Shown here: piece after piece, positions 16,678 to 28,500 of the stretch | Layout: each line of letters opens with the position of its first letter | How positions within the stretch are numbered: position 1 is the first letter of the stretch | Source: Bacteroidales bacterium | GTDB lineage: Bacteria > Bacteroidota > Bacteroidia > Bacteroidales > WCHB1-69 | Assembly (NCBI GenBank): GCA_017540505.1 | Contig: JAFYAW010000005.1 | Location: forward strand, 2,197 to 66,196 | Reading direction: 5' to 3' | DNA length: 64,000 bases | Notes under the pieces: model-generated | What the model saw: only the letters and a program-made list of their open reading frames with translations | Told to the model about the DNA's origin: nothing | The model's database searches: none | Position numbers and translations under genes: made by a program

Positions 16678-17604
16678 TTATCCCAATATGGCTTTGAATG
16701 GCAGATAGTTACCGCCGCCAGGTCCGCCTTTGATGGCGAAGACGATATGTTGGAAGCATCCGGCAAATTCGGGCTCGTCTAGGGTCTCGCGGAAGAGCTC
16801 GGCGATGTGCTTGGGCGGATTGGCGAAGGCTCCGCATCCGAACGCCCCCAACACGAGGTTGTGCTGCCGGTTGTCGATGGCGATGCGGAAGATGGTACGC
16901 ATCTTGTCGCGGACGGTGGGGATGAGGTTGTCGGTGATTCGTTTCTCGCCGTCCAGAACATGCAATGTGGGATGGTTCAGGGCGGCCACCGCGATGAAAT
17001 TGACCTTCCAGGGGTCGTCTATCAAAGCGTAACCTTGGCTCTCCGTGTCGCGGAAGACGGTCGCATTGGGGGTATAGCAGCCCCCGAAATGACGGTCCAT
17101 GGGATAGCTGTCCGAGGAACGCGGCACCTGGTAGAGAGTTCCGAAATCCACAAACTGGAAGAGCGAACGGTAATAGTCGGAACAGCGGAAAAGGTACTCC
17201 TCCTGGGCGGCGGCCCCGTTCTGCACACCTCCGCCCGGGTGCGTGGCGCTGGCGAAGTTCAGCACACAGACCGGCTCGTGCAGATCCCCGAGCATCTGTC
17301 GGGCGCATGCGAGGGTGTCGGCCTGCACCACCGTGACGGTGTTCGCGTAAGGTCGGGACGTGATCTCCAGGGCGATGCGTTTGCGGTAGTAGCGCGTCTG
17401 CAGGTGGATGTCCGTGTTGAAGGCGGGAACGACCTCCTGACCGCTCCGGCTGATGTAACGGCCCTCTTTTACGATTTGTACGGTATTGAAAAAGACTTGT
17501 TGCCGCAATTGCTTCAGGGCGACATAGTTGATGGGATGCTGGGAGGTCGCGAAACGTTCTTTCCAAAGCGTGTCATCCCAGTTGGGAATGTTGTTGTTTT
17601 CCAT
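16678..17604 (-). CDS. Bacterial-type poly(ADP-ribose) glycohydrolase-like macrodomain protein (TIGR02452/DUF2263)
   Basis: NFASATHPGGGVQNGAAAQEEYLFRCS contains the PARG signature GGG-x6-8-QEE; 308 aa. Confidence 0.75.
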   Translation of the reverse strand: MENNNIPNWDDTLWKERFATSQHPINYVALKQLRQQVFFNTVQIVKEGRYISRSGQEVVPAFNTDIHLQTRYYRKRIALEITSRPYANTVTVVQADTLACARQMLGDLHEPVCVLNFASATHPGGGVQNGAAAQEEYLFRCSDYYRSLFQFVDFGTLYQVPRSSDSYPMDRHFGGCYTPNATVFRDTESQGYALIDDPWKVNFIAVAALNHPTLHVLDGEKRITDNLIPTVRDKMRTIFRIAIDNRQHNLVLGAFGCGAFANPPKHIAELFRETLDEPEFAGCFQHIVFAIKGGPGGGNYLPFKAILG

Positions 17605-17630
17605 AGAAATAAAAATGATAGATAGAAAGA

Positions 17631-19475
17631 TTATGGAGTGTTGGCGGTCTTTTTCAGGATGTTGGAATCCTTATAGTAGATGTCTTCCCGATATTGGATG
17701 CGACCGTCCTCCCGCACGAAACAGGTGTAATATTCGATGTAAAGGGGCATTTTCTTTTTCAAGGTGATGCCGGTGGGTTTCAGCTTGCGGTAGAACATGC
17801 GTTCGCTGTCGGTGAGGCGTTCGTACCGTATGGAATCCCGTTTCTGCATATCCTCCAGGAATTTCTCGCCCTTTTCTGTGGTAGGCGCGTCCCCCACAAT
17901 GATGCCGTACTGCTCGATGGTGAGCGTGTCGAAGTCGTTGAACTTGTAGATGACATGGGCCAGTGCGAAGGGGTTCTCCACACGCACGCAGCCGTGGCTG
18001 AAAGTGCGCTTCCGACGTTTGAAGGCCCCTTTGTTGTTGGTGTCGTGCAGATAGACGGACTCGCTGTTCGGGAAATCGAATTTGATGCGGCCTAAGGCGT
18101 TGTACCGCCCCGAGGATTGGATCAGCCGGTAGGGGATGTTGTTGCTGCTGACCTTGTTCCAGTCGATGGAGTCCGGCACAACCTGTTTGCCACCTCTCAT
18201 GACGTAGAGGTGCTCGCGCTTGATGACCGCCATGTTGTTTTTACGCAGCTTCGGCAGGTATTCGTTTTTGAGGATGTCGTATGGGATGTTCCATTCCGGA
18301 TTCAGGATGATGCGGTTGATGTTACTGTGCAGCAGCGGGGTTTCAGCCTTGTAGGCCATGATCATGCCGTTTCGTTTGCGCCCTTCACCAGGGGCTTGTG
18401 TGCGGCCGCAGCAGATGTTGGTCTTGAAGGCCACTGTGTCGCTGACGAAGGCTTGTAAGGTGAAGTCGGGCAGGTTGACCTCGATGCGGTTCTCGCCCTT
18501 TTCGGGAATCACTTTCCAGCGCAGCCGTTCGAGGTTGGCGGCGATGCGGTTCTGGTAGTAGGCGATGGGCCGGTTCAGTTTCTCGATGGTCTCCTTGTCT
18601 AAGGAGTCGCTTTCGGGGATGGCGTTGTCGCTGCGGAAGAGGTTGATGCCGGCTATCAGCTCCGATGTCAGCAGGGTGGTGTCTGGAAAGGTTTCCGGGA
18701 GTTCGCCGGTGAGTCGGAGCCGCTGGCAGATTTTGGGCAGATGGCGGTTGGCCTCTCCCTGACGCACGCGTATCTGCGGGATGCGCGTGAAGGCGGTGTC
18801 TTTTAGCTCATGTAGGCGGAAAAGCTCCTCCTGCAGAAGGGCGTATAGCTCCATGTTGGGCTGCATGACTCGCAACGATTTGGGGGTGTTTTCGCTGGAA
18901 ACTAAAGCGTTGTGCAGAAATAGCGAGTCGGCGTATTGGGTTTCGTAGAGCCAGTTGCCTCCGTTCACCACCTTGGGGTCGGTGGCCCCGAAGGCGAGGG
19001 CGTTGGCATAGCGCAGATAGTTCTCGGTGAGCATCATCTCCAGATGGAAGAGTGTGGACATGAGGTCGCCATCCCCGATGCGGTTCTCCCGCAAGCCGGC
19101 AATGAGGGATGCGATGCTGTCGTATTGGAAGTAGTTGCATCCGATGCCGTGTTGCCACGATAGGTCGAAATAGTGGAGCAGGGTGTCGATTTTGTGCTCC
19201 TGAAACCCGTTGTAGGTCCATATCGGTGCCGCGTTTTCCTTATAATAGTCTTGGATAATGTTCAGATACGGCATATCCGGCATCGAATCGTTCACGCGCT
19301 GGGTGAAATACTCAATGTATTCCTTGTTATTGAACGTGGCATAGTTCTGCTTGAACCAGTTTGGCTCCCGCTCGCTGCGTATTTGTTTGCAGGCCAGTAA
19401 AGTGATGGCCAGCAGCAGGGGGAGGATAAAACATTTTGCCGTATGCCACGGTTCTTTAAAATGGATGCGGTTCAT
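17631..19475 (-). CDS. L,D-transpeptidase (YkuD/YcbB-like) lipoprotein
   Basis: SHGCVRVENP catalytic motif. The ATG at 19475 gives MNRIHFKEPWHTAKCFILPLLLAITLLAC, a lipoprotein signal. The track start at 19547 is a TTG. Confidence 0.8.
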   Translation of the reverse strand: MNRIHFKEPWHTAKCFILPLLLAITLLACKQIRSEREPNWFKQNYATFNNKEYIEYFTQRVNDSMPDMPYLNIIQDYYKENAAPIWTYNGFQEHKIDTLLHYFDLSWQHGIGCNYFQYDSIASLIAGLRENRIGDGDLMSTLFHLEMMLTENYLRYANALAFGATDPKVVNGGNWLYETQYADSLFLHNALVSSENTPKSLRVMQPNMELYALLQEELFRLHELKDTAFTRIPQIRVRQGEANRHLPKICQRLRLTGELPETFPDTTLLTSELIAGINLFRSDNAIPESDSLDKETIEKLNRPIAYYQNRIAANLERLRWKVIPEKGENRIEVNLPDFTLQAFVSDTVAFKTNICCGRTQAPGEGRKRNGMIMAYKAETPLLHSNINRIILNPEWNIPYDILKNEYLPKLRKNNMAVIKREHLYVMRGGKQVVPDSIDWNKVSSNNIPYRLIQSSGRYNALGRIKFDFPNSESVYLHDTNNKGAFKRRKRTFSHGCVRVENPFALAHVIYKFNDFDTLTIEQYGIIVGDAPTTEKGEKFLEDMQKRDSIRYERLTDSERMFYRKLKPTGITLKKKMPLYIEYYTCFVREDGRIQYREDIYYKDSNILKKTANTP

Positions 19476-19498
19476 TTCACAATATTCAAGAAACGCTG

Positions 19499-19506
19499 CA
19501 AAAATA
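19499..19506 (-). promoter_or_regulatory. -7 promoter box TATTTTTG
   Basis: 24 nt upstream of the ATG at 19475. Confidence 0.45.
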
Positions 19507-19561
19507 CATCTTTTCTTTAATAAAATAATAAAAGGTGCTTTTTTCAATTGTTGCCCTGTGG

Positions 19562-22500
19562 TTACAACACCGTGATGGTTCCTTTCAGGGTATGGCGCTC
19601 GCCGTTTTTGTCATAACAGGTTATCTTATATACATATACATTGTTGTAGAAGATCTTGCCGTTGTACGAGCCGTCCCATTTGAAGGACTTGTCGTTGGAG
19701 TAGAAGACAAGTTCGCCCCAACGGTTGAAGATCCGGATGTTGAACCGCTCACCGTCAATCAGGTTTTTCGTCCGTTCATCCAAATAGAAGTAATCGTTGT
19801 TCCCGTCCGGTAGGCTGGGTGTGATGGCGTTGGGCAGGTATATGCTGAACACGCAGGGCGAAATCAGGTAATGGTCCGTCCCACTACAGTTGTTCTTGAT
19901 GACTGTCACCGTATATTCGCCTGGCGATGTCACCGTGATACTGGGCGTGGTCTCCCCGGTGCTCCATAGGTAGTCCGTGTAGATGTCGTCCACACTCAGG
20001 ATTTCGGATGCCCCGTAGCAGAAATCCCCGATCAACGGCGTGATGATGGGGTGTGCGTGGGTGATGTTCACGTTCAGTCGGATGATAGAGTCGCATCCTT
20101 CGATGGTTTGCATCTGCCGCACGCGTAGCAGGGTGTCGGCCTTCATTGTCTCTTGGGCGTAGATGTTGAACCCGTTGGTGTGGTATTCGTCGCCTTCGCA
20201 CAGATGGCTGATAATCGTGGTGTCATAGCTGTTGAGTACCGTCAGCTGGAAGACGAGGATGCTGTCGGTGCCGTCGGCCGCCTGTAGTTTCCTTACCACG
20301 GTGCTGCTCTCGTAGAGGGCGGTGTCTAGCCAGATGAAGGGCAGTTCGTTCCAGCAGGTCTCGTCAGTGAGGGTGTCCGCGCTGTTCCACAGCACCCGCA
20401 ACGAGTAGTGCACGAGACTGTCGCAGCCGTTATGGTCCGTCAGCACGAAGAGGGTGTCGGTGTTTTGGTAGAACGGGAACCCGTTGCTGAAGAAAGGCAG
20501 GAGGTTTTCGACGACGGTGTCGGCAACAATGGTGTCTTGGGTTTGGAAATAATGCAGGTGCATGGTGATGGCGTCGTCCAGACCGTTGGGATTGAACAGG
20601 ATGGTGGACTTGGGCAGGGTGTCGTTGAAGGTGATGCCGTGCCATACGATGGGCAGTGCTCCCGGGCAGATGCTCGTGTCAATGTCGCGGTTGATGAGCA
20701 CCTGCACGCTGTCATGACTGCTGCAGTTCCAATTGTAGCCGATGACACGATAAAGGGTGGACTGGCTGGGTGTGGCCGTGGTCTGCAAGGTGAAGGCTGA
20801 CGACAAAGTCTCACTTGGCAGCCATTTGCAGGAATCTGCGCCCGTCACCCAGAGAGCGGCGCTTCCACCGAAAAGGATGACCGTGTCACCGCAAGTGACG
20901 AGGGTTGGGTAGTCGTTTACCTTCAGCAACAAGGTGATGATGCTGTCGCAACCCTCGGCGTTCCCATGTCTTCTTGTGTGGGTGAAGGTTCCTGTGTTGG
21001 CCGTTTCCGTTGCCAGCAGGTTGAAACCGTGCCGTACATACGGATTTCCAATGCAGATGGTGTCCCGTATCGTGTCCCGCAGACTTTGCTGGATGGTCAG
21101 GTGCAGATAGACGGTGCTGTCGCAGCCGTTGGTTCCCACCAACGTGTCAATGTAAGTGCCACTGACGGTGTAGATCCTATTTCTCCACTGTAAGGAATCA
21201 CATTGGGTAATGATGGTGTCGCTGCGATGAGGTGTCTTGAAATGCAGGGCAATCAGCGTATCATAACGGCATCCACGCTCGTTGATGGTGGTGAGCTGAT
21301 ATAGGATGGTGGTGTCGTGCGGGAGCGTTATGGGTGGCGTCACCCGGAAGGTGCTGTCCGACAAGGGCTGAATCCATGGACCGGTAAGCTGTTTCTGCAC
21401 AATGGAATAGACGGTTTTGGCGAACAGGTCGGGGGCCAGCGACAGTTCCCATTCGGTGAGGTATCCATTGTCATGGATTTCCCTGTCTTCAACCTGAATC
21501 TGCCATGTCCCGTTCACAGGACAGCCCACTAATTGTTGGAACGATTCTTTCGGATGGTAGAATTGGGTCCCGGCGTGCACGTCGGAGGAATCCACTTTGT
21601 ATGAATAGTTGCCTTGGTTGTAGCTGTTGTCCCAAAGCGGATTGGGCGTGAAATGTATATTGGGGATTTCGTAAAGATATCCGTATGTCCCTCCGGCATA
21701 ATTGTACCCTTGGTCGGTGTTGTTTGACCATACATAGTTCCATGGTATTCCGATGGGGTTGGTTGCAGGATTGCAGTTTGTTGTCTCCATAATGCGGTTG
21801 GCCACTCCCATGTTGATGCGCCCTATGTTCTGGAACGGGGTGTTGTTGCCTCTCGGGTCTTGTCCCGGCCATCCGTCATACAGGCGGGATGGCAGCATGA
21901 CGGCCGTATCGCCGCTTGGGCAGCGGAGCAGGATGCGGAGATCTTCAATGGCGGAATGCTCAATCTTCAGGCGCACGAATCGAATGTCGTTAGCATTGCG
22001 TATCTGCGCATTGTCCCGACCGCTGTTTATGATAAGAGGTGAACGGTAGATGTTGCCGTAAATAGGACAATCCAAATCGTCGGGCAGGAAGATGGGTTCA
22101 GGGAAATAGATGGTGTGGTTGGGTCTGAAAAGCTGTATCTCCGCATTCGCATCGTAGCTGATGGTGATTATGGCAGTGTCACCCGCACAGATGCTCGGAA
22201 TATTGAGCGATGCGACCGGATTGACTGAATCCAAAATGGTTACGCTGATATGCAGGATGGTGTCACAGCCGCCACCAATGCCTGGATGCAGCTCCGGAGT
22301 CAGCGTATATGTGCCCGGCTCCCGGATAGTGTCGTTGAGATGGATGTACGGAAGTATCTCATGACAGAATGTGTCGGCTTGGAAAAGGGTGATAGATGTT
22401 GTGAAATGGATGAAGAAAGCCGTGTCGTACTCGCAGGCATGCCCGTCTGTAACGTGAAGCTGGTATAGGATGTTCGTATCTGCAGATAGGGATGATGGTG

Positions 22501-25500
22501 GCTGGATGTGGTAATGCCCCGCCACTCCCGAAAGCCAAGGTCCGGTCATGCTTATTCCACCGATAATGGGCAGCGAGTCGGGCAGGCCTGCGTATTGTAT
22601 CCGGATGTCCGAGTTGGAACTGGTGCCAATGGACAGACTGTCAACATGCCCGGCGCAGATGTCGGTCATTGGGTGCGTGAACCTGCTCTCCAGAACAGGG
22701 AAAGTGTGTACGTGGTAATGGGTGATATGGTAGGAGTGGTTGGCGTTGACACTAGTGTCCGTGGCAGTTGTGTCTGTCAAGGTGAACAGATGATTGTGCC
22801 AGGTCAACGGCAAAGCCTCCCGGCAGACGGTTGTGTCAAGGGTGTCCGATGTGTTGTCGAAAATCTGTAACGTATAGTGGAGGAGACTGTCGCAGCCAAA
22901 CTGGTTTTCAAGGATGATAATCGTGTCTGTCACCGCTTGGTGGAACCAAACTCCGTTGAATGGATGCGGAAGCTCTTGTGCACCAATCTGTTGTGTGATA
23001 TGGCTATGGGTGGTGTCGTAAACCGTCAGGTGCAGGATGGCAGTGCTGTCGCAGCCATTGGCAGCCTGATGGGGCATACTCGTAAGCCTGTAATAACCGG
23101 TGTCGGTGATGTTGTGCCCCTCCCAAACGAAGGGAAGATCGGTACGGCAGATGGTGTCGTGAAGAATCGTGGTTTTGGGTGCTCTGTAATGAATGCTTAC
23201 AATGGTGTCGAAATGACATCCATAGTTGCTGAACACGGTGATAAGGTATTGGACAGTGGTGTCTTGTGTGATGGTGGCGGGAGGTGTGACCCAATAGGTG
23301 GAGTCGTTCCGCCGATCACTCCACAGACCTGTCAGTATGGTGCTGTCAATGGGATGGCGCGACACGTTCAGCAACTCGGGGGTCAATGCCAACTCCCAGC
23401 TGAAAAGGTAACCGTTGTCTTGTTTCCATCCGTCAATAACTGTTATTGTCCAGTCGCCGTTCAACGGACAGTTTACAAGGCTTTGGAACGACTGGTCCGG
23501 CTTGTAGAAATGGGTTCCGTTGGCGATGTTAGAGGCTTTGAATCGCTCGGATAATGTATGACCAAAGATTGTTTCCCGTTGGACATTGGCTTCCCTGTAA
23601 ATGATGTCATCATTGGGAGAATTCGTGTTCCCGTATTGGTATCCTTGGTTAGTGTTGTTTGACCAACAATAATTCCAACCTGTGCCGGGAGGGTTCTGAT
23701 TGGCATCGCAGATGGGATTGTGATCACTTGTGTTTGGAATACCGAAATCGGTGCCTTTGTCTGCATTCGATTGACCATTGGGTGCTGCCTGCCAGCCCCG
23801 ATGTGCCGCACCGATGTTTTGAATACAGGGACTGTCCCCTGTATTGGATGATGTTCTGGAAAATTTGAGAATGTCGGCAGATTGAAAACTGGGACATGTG
23901 ATTTTAATATACAGGTCGCCGGCCCATGTGTGTTCCAAATTAAGTCGAACATATCGTATGTCATTCACGTCACGAATGACAGATGTGGCGGGGAAGTTGG
24001 CGAAGTGTATGGATGATTGGTAGGCACAACTGTTGTTGCAGTATTGCCCGTCGGGAAGGAAAGTGGTCTCGCTCAGGCTGATGCGGGCATCCTCCTCGGA
24101 TGCGTAATAGATACTGTTGCTTGGATTATGTCCGATAGTGATGATGCCCGTGTCACCCACGCAAATGTCCGGAATCTGGATGTTGTTGATGGGGTTCGGG
24201 AAATCAGTGATGGTTAAGCGCAGCGTGACAATGCTATCACAATTGTTTGAGCCTACCAAGGTGTCCCTATAGACGCCGCTTTCGGTGTAGGTGTGTCCGT
24301 TCCAGATGTAGGGAGCACAGGCGGTGTCGTAGATGAGGCTTCTGGGCGTGAGGAATGTGTCCACTTGGAAGATGCGGATGAGATAGGATTGGTTCGCCAG
24401 CAAGATAGAATCCACGGTTGTCCCTGCATGGTTAATGACCTTCCCTTCGCATTCGGCAGGGAAGTCGTTGCACAAGGTGCAGCTCTTCCTCAGGGTGTCA
24501 TTGGGACGAATGTAGAGCGAATAAAGCACGAGGCTGTCGCATCCTTGGCTGTTTTGGATGGTGAGGAATGTGTTGTTTACAGGCTGTTGGAATGTATAGC
24601 CGTGATACTGATAGGGAATCTGGCTTGTTCCAATGGTGTCGAAAACAACCGATGTGTCAGAAATGTAATTGCCAACATGGTATGGTTTTACTAAAACCGC
24701 TCCTAACGAATCCGTAATGGTCACTTGATAGTCCCCTTCACAAAGATTGAAAGCCGTGTCTGTGGTCTGATGCTGCGGGTCGTCCCATAGATAGGTGTAG
24801 GGCGGCTTTCCCCCGCGTACGTTAACGGATGCCCATCCGTTGCAGGGATGCTGCGCATCAGGATTACATTGGGTGTTGATGTCGCCGAACGTTTGCGCCC
24901 ACAGTTCAATGGTGAGATGCAACTCCACTACCGAATCACAATAGGGATAAGAATCGGAAATGAAATGAAACAGATAGTTGCCGGAATGGGATCCCGCCTC
25001 GAACAAGGTGTCCAGAGGTCGGTAGTAGTGGGGCAATGCACTGTCTGGAAGTGTCAGATTTTGAATGTCATGGGGATTCTCGTGGATGAAAACGTTGATT
25101 ACGGTGATGCTGTCGCAACCCATTCGGGTGGTGTCGTTGAACCAGTACTGGCTACTGTTTGCTCCGACGGGTATCGTCAAACGCTCGCTGAAGGTGTAGG
25201 GTAAATCGGCACGGCAGATATGGAGAATGTGATTGGGGTGATATTCCGGGTGGATGGTGAGATGCAGCGTGACGACAGAATCGCAACCATCTGAATTTGT
25301 CAAGGTGAATGTCGGGATGGAGGTGCTTTCCGTATAGGTGGTGTCGTCAATCCAGGTGAACGATCCGCAGGCGTTCACAGAATCGATGCCGGCGGTGGCA
25401 TGGCGGATGTGGAGTTGCAGGGTTACGATGCTGTCACAACCGTCGGCATTGGTGAGGACCATCGTGTCGCTGGCACTTCTCGTGTAGGTGCGCCCGTTTG

Positions 25501-28500
25501 TCCACGTGAAAAGGTCACAGGTGTCCACCCGAACAGTGTCGTAGCTCTCGGCGGGCAGCAACAGGGTGACCCATACGGTGGAGTCGCACTGCTGCCCGCT
25601 GAGGAATTGTACTGGCGTGGTGCCGGCCACGGTGAGCAGACTGTTGCCGTATGGAACCCCATTGCCCAAGCGGTTTTGGCATACTGTCACTGTGTCGCGG
25701 GTGCTGTAGGGCGGATTCACCACCAAGTGCAGCCGGATGACGGAATCGCAGTCCAGCTGGGAATGGAACAGGATTCGGTAATCGCCGGTCCGGGTCTCAA
25801 TGGGGAAAAGAGTGTCTCCGTACGTGTATGGCAGATCGCTGCCACATAGCGTTACGGTATCGGTGTTTTCATAAACAGGATTTATGGTCAGGTGAAGGGT
25901 GACCACGGAGTCGCACCCTTCCGCGTTAGTTAGCGTGAAGGTGGGTGCGTTGGTGCTTGCCGTATAGGTGCTGTCGTCAATCCAACGGTATGAGTCGCAG
26001 GCGGTTATGGAATCAATGCCAGCGGTGGCGTGGCGGATGTTGAGCAATAGGGTGACCACGGAGTCACATCCGTCAGCATTGGTGAGTATGACGGTATCGG
26101 TAGCACTCTGTGTGTAGGTTCGTCCGTTCATCCATGTGAAAAGGTCACAGGTGTCCACTCGTACGGTATCGTAAGTGTCGGAAATCGGCAAAAGGGTGAG
26201 CCATACGGTGGAGTCGCATCGCTGGCCACTAAGGAAATGCACGGGCACGGTGCCAGTCCTGTATAGCAGACTGTCGCCGTAAGGAATGCCAGCAGCCAAT
26301 TGGGAGGGGCAAACAGACATTGTGTCGCGGGTGGAGTAAGGTGGGTTGACAATGAGCCGTAAATGGATGAGACTGTCGCATCCGTTTTGCGAATGGAATA
26401 GGATCGGATAGTCTCCGGTTCGGCTTTCAATGAGAAAAGCAGTGTCGCCGTAGGTGTAGGGCAGGTCACTTCCGCAGAGAGAGACGGTATCGAAGTGCTC
26501 ATATTCTGGATAGATGATGAGATACAAGGTGACCACGGAATCGCACAGGCCTCCCGGACGGGGAATGTGTTGCGTATAGTCGCCGCTGGCATCATAACGT
26601 TGGCCGTTCCACCAGTACTCCACGCAGGCAGTGTCGCGGAAGTCGGTGGTGTCCACCGGCACGACGAGTGTCTTCCGGAGCGTATCCAAACAAGCATCCA
26701 GGTTCATGCCGCTGACCAAAGTCACCGTGTAGGTGCCCGGTTGCGCGTAGGTGTGCGTGGCGTTGTACGCCTGGGAGGTGGTTCCGTCGCCGAAGTTCCA
26801 ATAGGCACTCTCGCACTCGGTGGCGTATGGTGTGGGTGTGCCGTTGGAGATGATACTGTTGTTGTGGAAGGTGTAATGCCGGCTGCAGGGCGTTCGCACG
26901 ATGTCGAAGTCGGATTCCGGAACAATAGGATGGAGCACACCCTGCAACTGGAATCCGCAGCCATTGCCCTCCAAATCCGAGACCTCGCAGGCCAGCATTC
27001 TCGTGGAATCCACCGGCACGGTGATGGATTGCCCCGTCCCGATAATCGTACTCGGATCGTCTGTGTAGTACCAGTTGTAGTTGAAGCCAGCTGGGGCGGT
27101 GAAGGTGTTGGTCACCGCATCGCCGCATTGCTCCACCGTCAGCTTCCGTTTCATGCACCCCAGATTGAAATAGGCGAATCCCCAATGGGCACCCTCACCG
27201 CAGTCGCGGTTGGTCAGTCGGATGGTGATGGTTTGGCCGTGATAGGCCGAGACATTAAAACCGATGTTAGTCCAGTCTTTCCAGAGAACATCATGGTCGT
27301 CATACCGCGGTTGGGTTCCGTTGTAGATGCCAGATGCCGACCGGTAATGAAACTCATTCCATCCCAAGGATTGGCTGGAGATGAATTGTGCTTGTCCGCA
27401 GTTCGCATCGACAATCCGACCGGACTGATCCAGAATTTCCAGATCAAAACGCGGCTGATTGACTAAAGTGTGATTGGGCAACTCCATAATAGCCGCATAT
27501 TTCAACAAGATGATGTCGCCTATGGTGGTATCTACGGTGTATGTGTATGCAATGCTTTCACTTTCAGCAGGTTTTGCGTTGCCTAATTTGACAGAATAGG
27601 TTTCCCCATCAGGAATCATCTGAAGTAATCCTCCTGTGTAGGGGTCAAAACTTTGTCGGGGAACAACATTGTGATGACTTGCCACAATGCCTATATGCTC
27701 GTAAGGATTGCCCGTGGCTCCGTAACCGCCGTATGTGCAGGTGATATTCGAGCGATTCAGGTCCCGCATGTCAATACACATGATGTTTTCTGGAATGGTG
27801 TAGCTGCCAGTTACGGGATTGGACGTTACGGCACAAGGATAGAGAAGACGGAAGTTGTATTTGTTCTTGGGTATAAGACCTGCAATGTTATAGCGAGGTT
27901 CGGTGATACCGGATACAACGGTACCAGTGCCTGGCACAAATCCGTCAGGACCATATTCCAACGTGTAGCCGGTAGAGGCTCCGGATTGGGTGGGGATCCA
28001 TTCCACCGTCAGTATGTCGTTGTTCCAGGAGAACGTCAACGGATAGTCGTTCTCGCAGCCGCAACCGGCCACACAGCTGTATTTGAGCCGGAATTCGTTG
28101 TATTGGAACAGATAGTTGGTAGTGAATTTTATTGTCATCGGGCCGGTTGAGGTGACATTCACATAGCCGGCATCGGTGGCGTCTGCCAGTAAAGGTGAGG
28201 ATGTGGATAGCCCGTTGTAGATGTAAATGTGGTCCTTGAATTCAACCACACCATTAAAAGTGAAATCGGTGATGATGTACGAGCCTTCCAGATGTACACC
28301 GCATCCGGCGGGCGGATTTATGGTAATCGAACCGTTATTGTTGGTGATGCAGTAGCCGTTGGCATCGGTCGTTGGAACTATGAATCCAGTACATCCTTGT
28401 ATGTTTTTTTGCCCTGTGACGGGTATGGTATCCACCGGCGATTGCCCGAAAACAGAAGCAACCAACCATAGGGCAAACAGAAATGTCAGCCCGTATCGCA

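Noticed and set aside
16709-17566. A 285-aa same-strand alternative-frame ORF inside the PARG-like gene
   Set aside because: Its translation is R/P/G-rich. The other frame carries the PARG signature and a sensible start.
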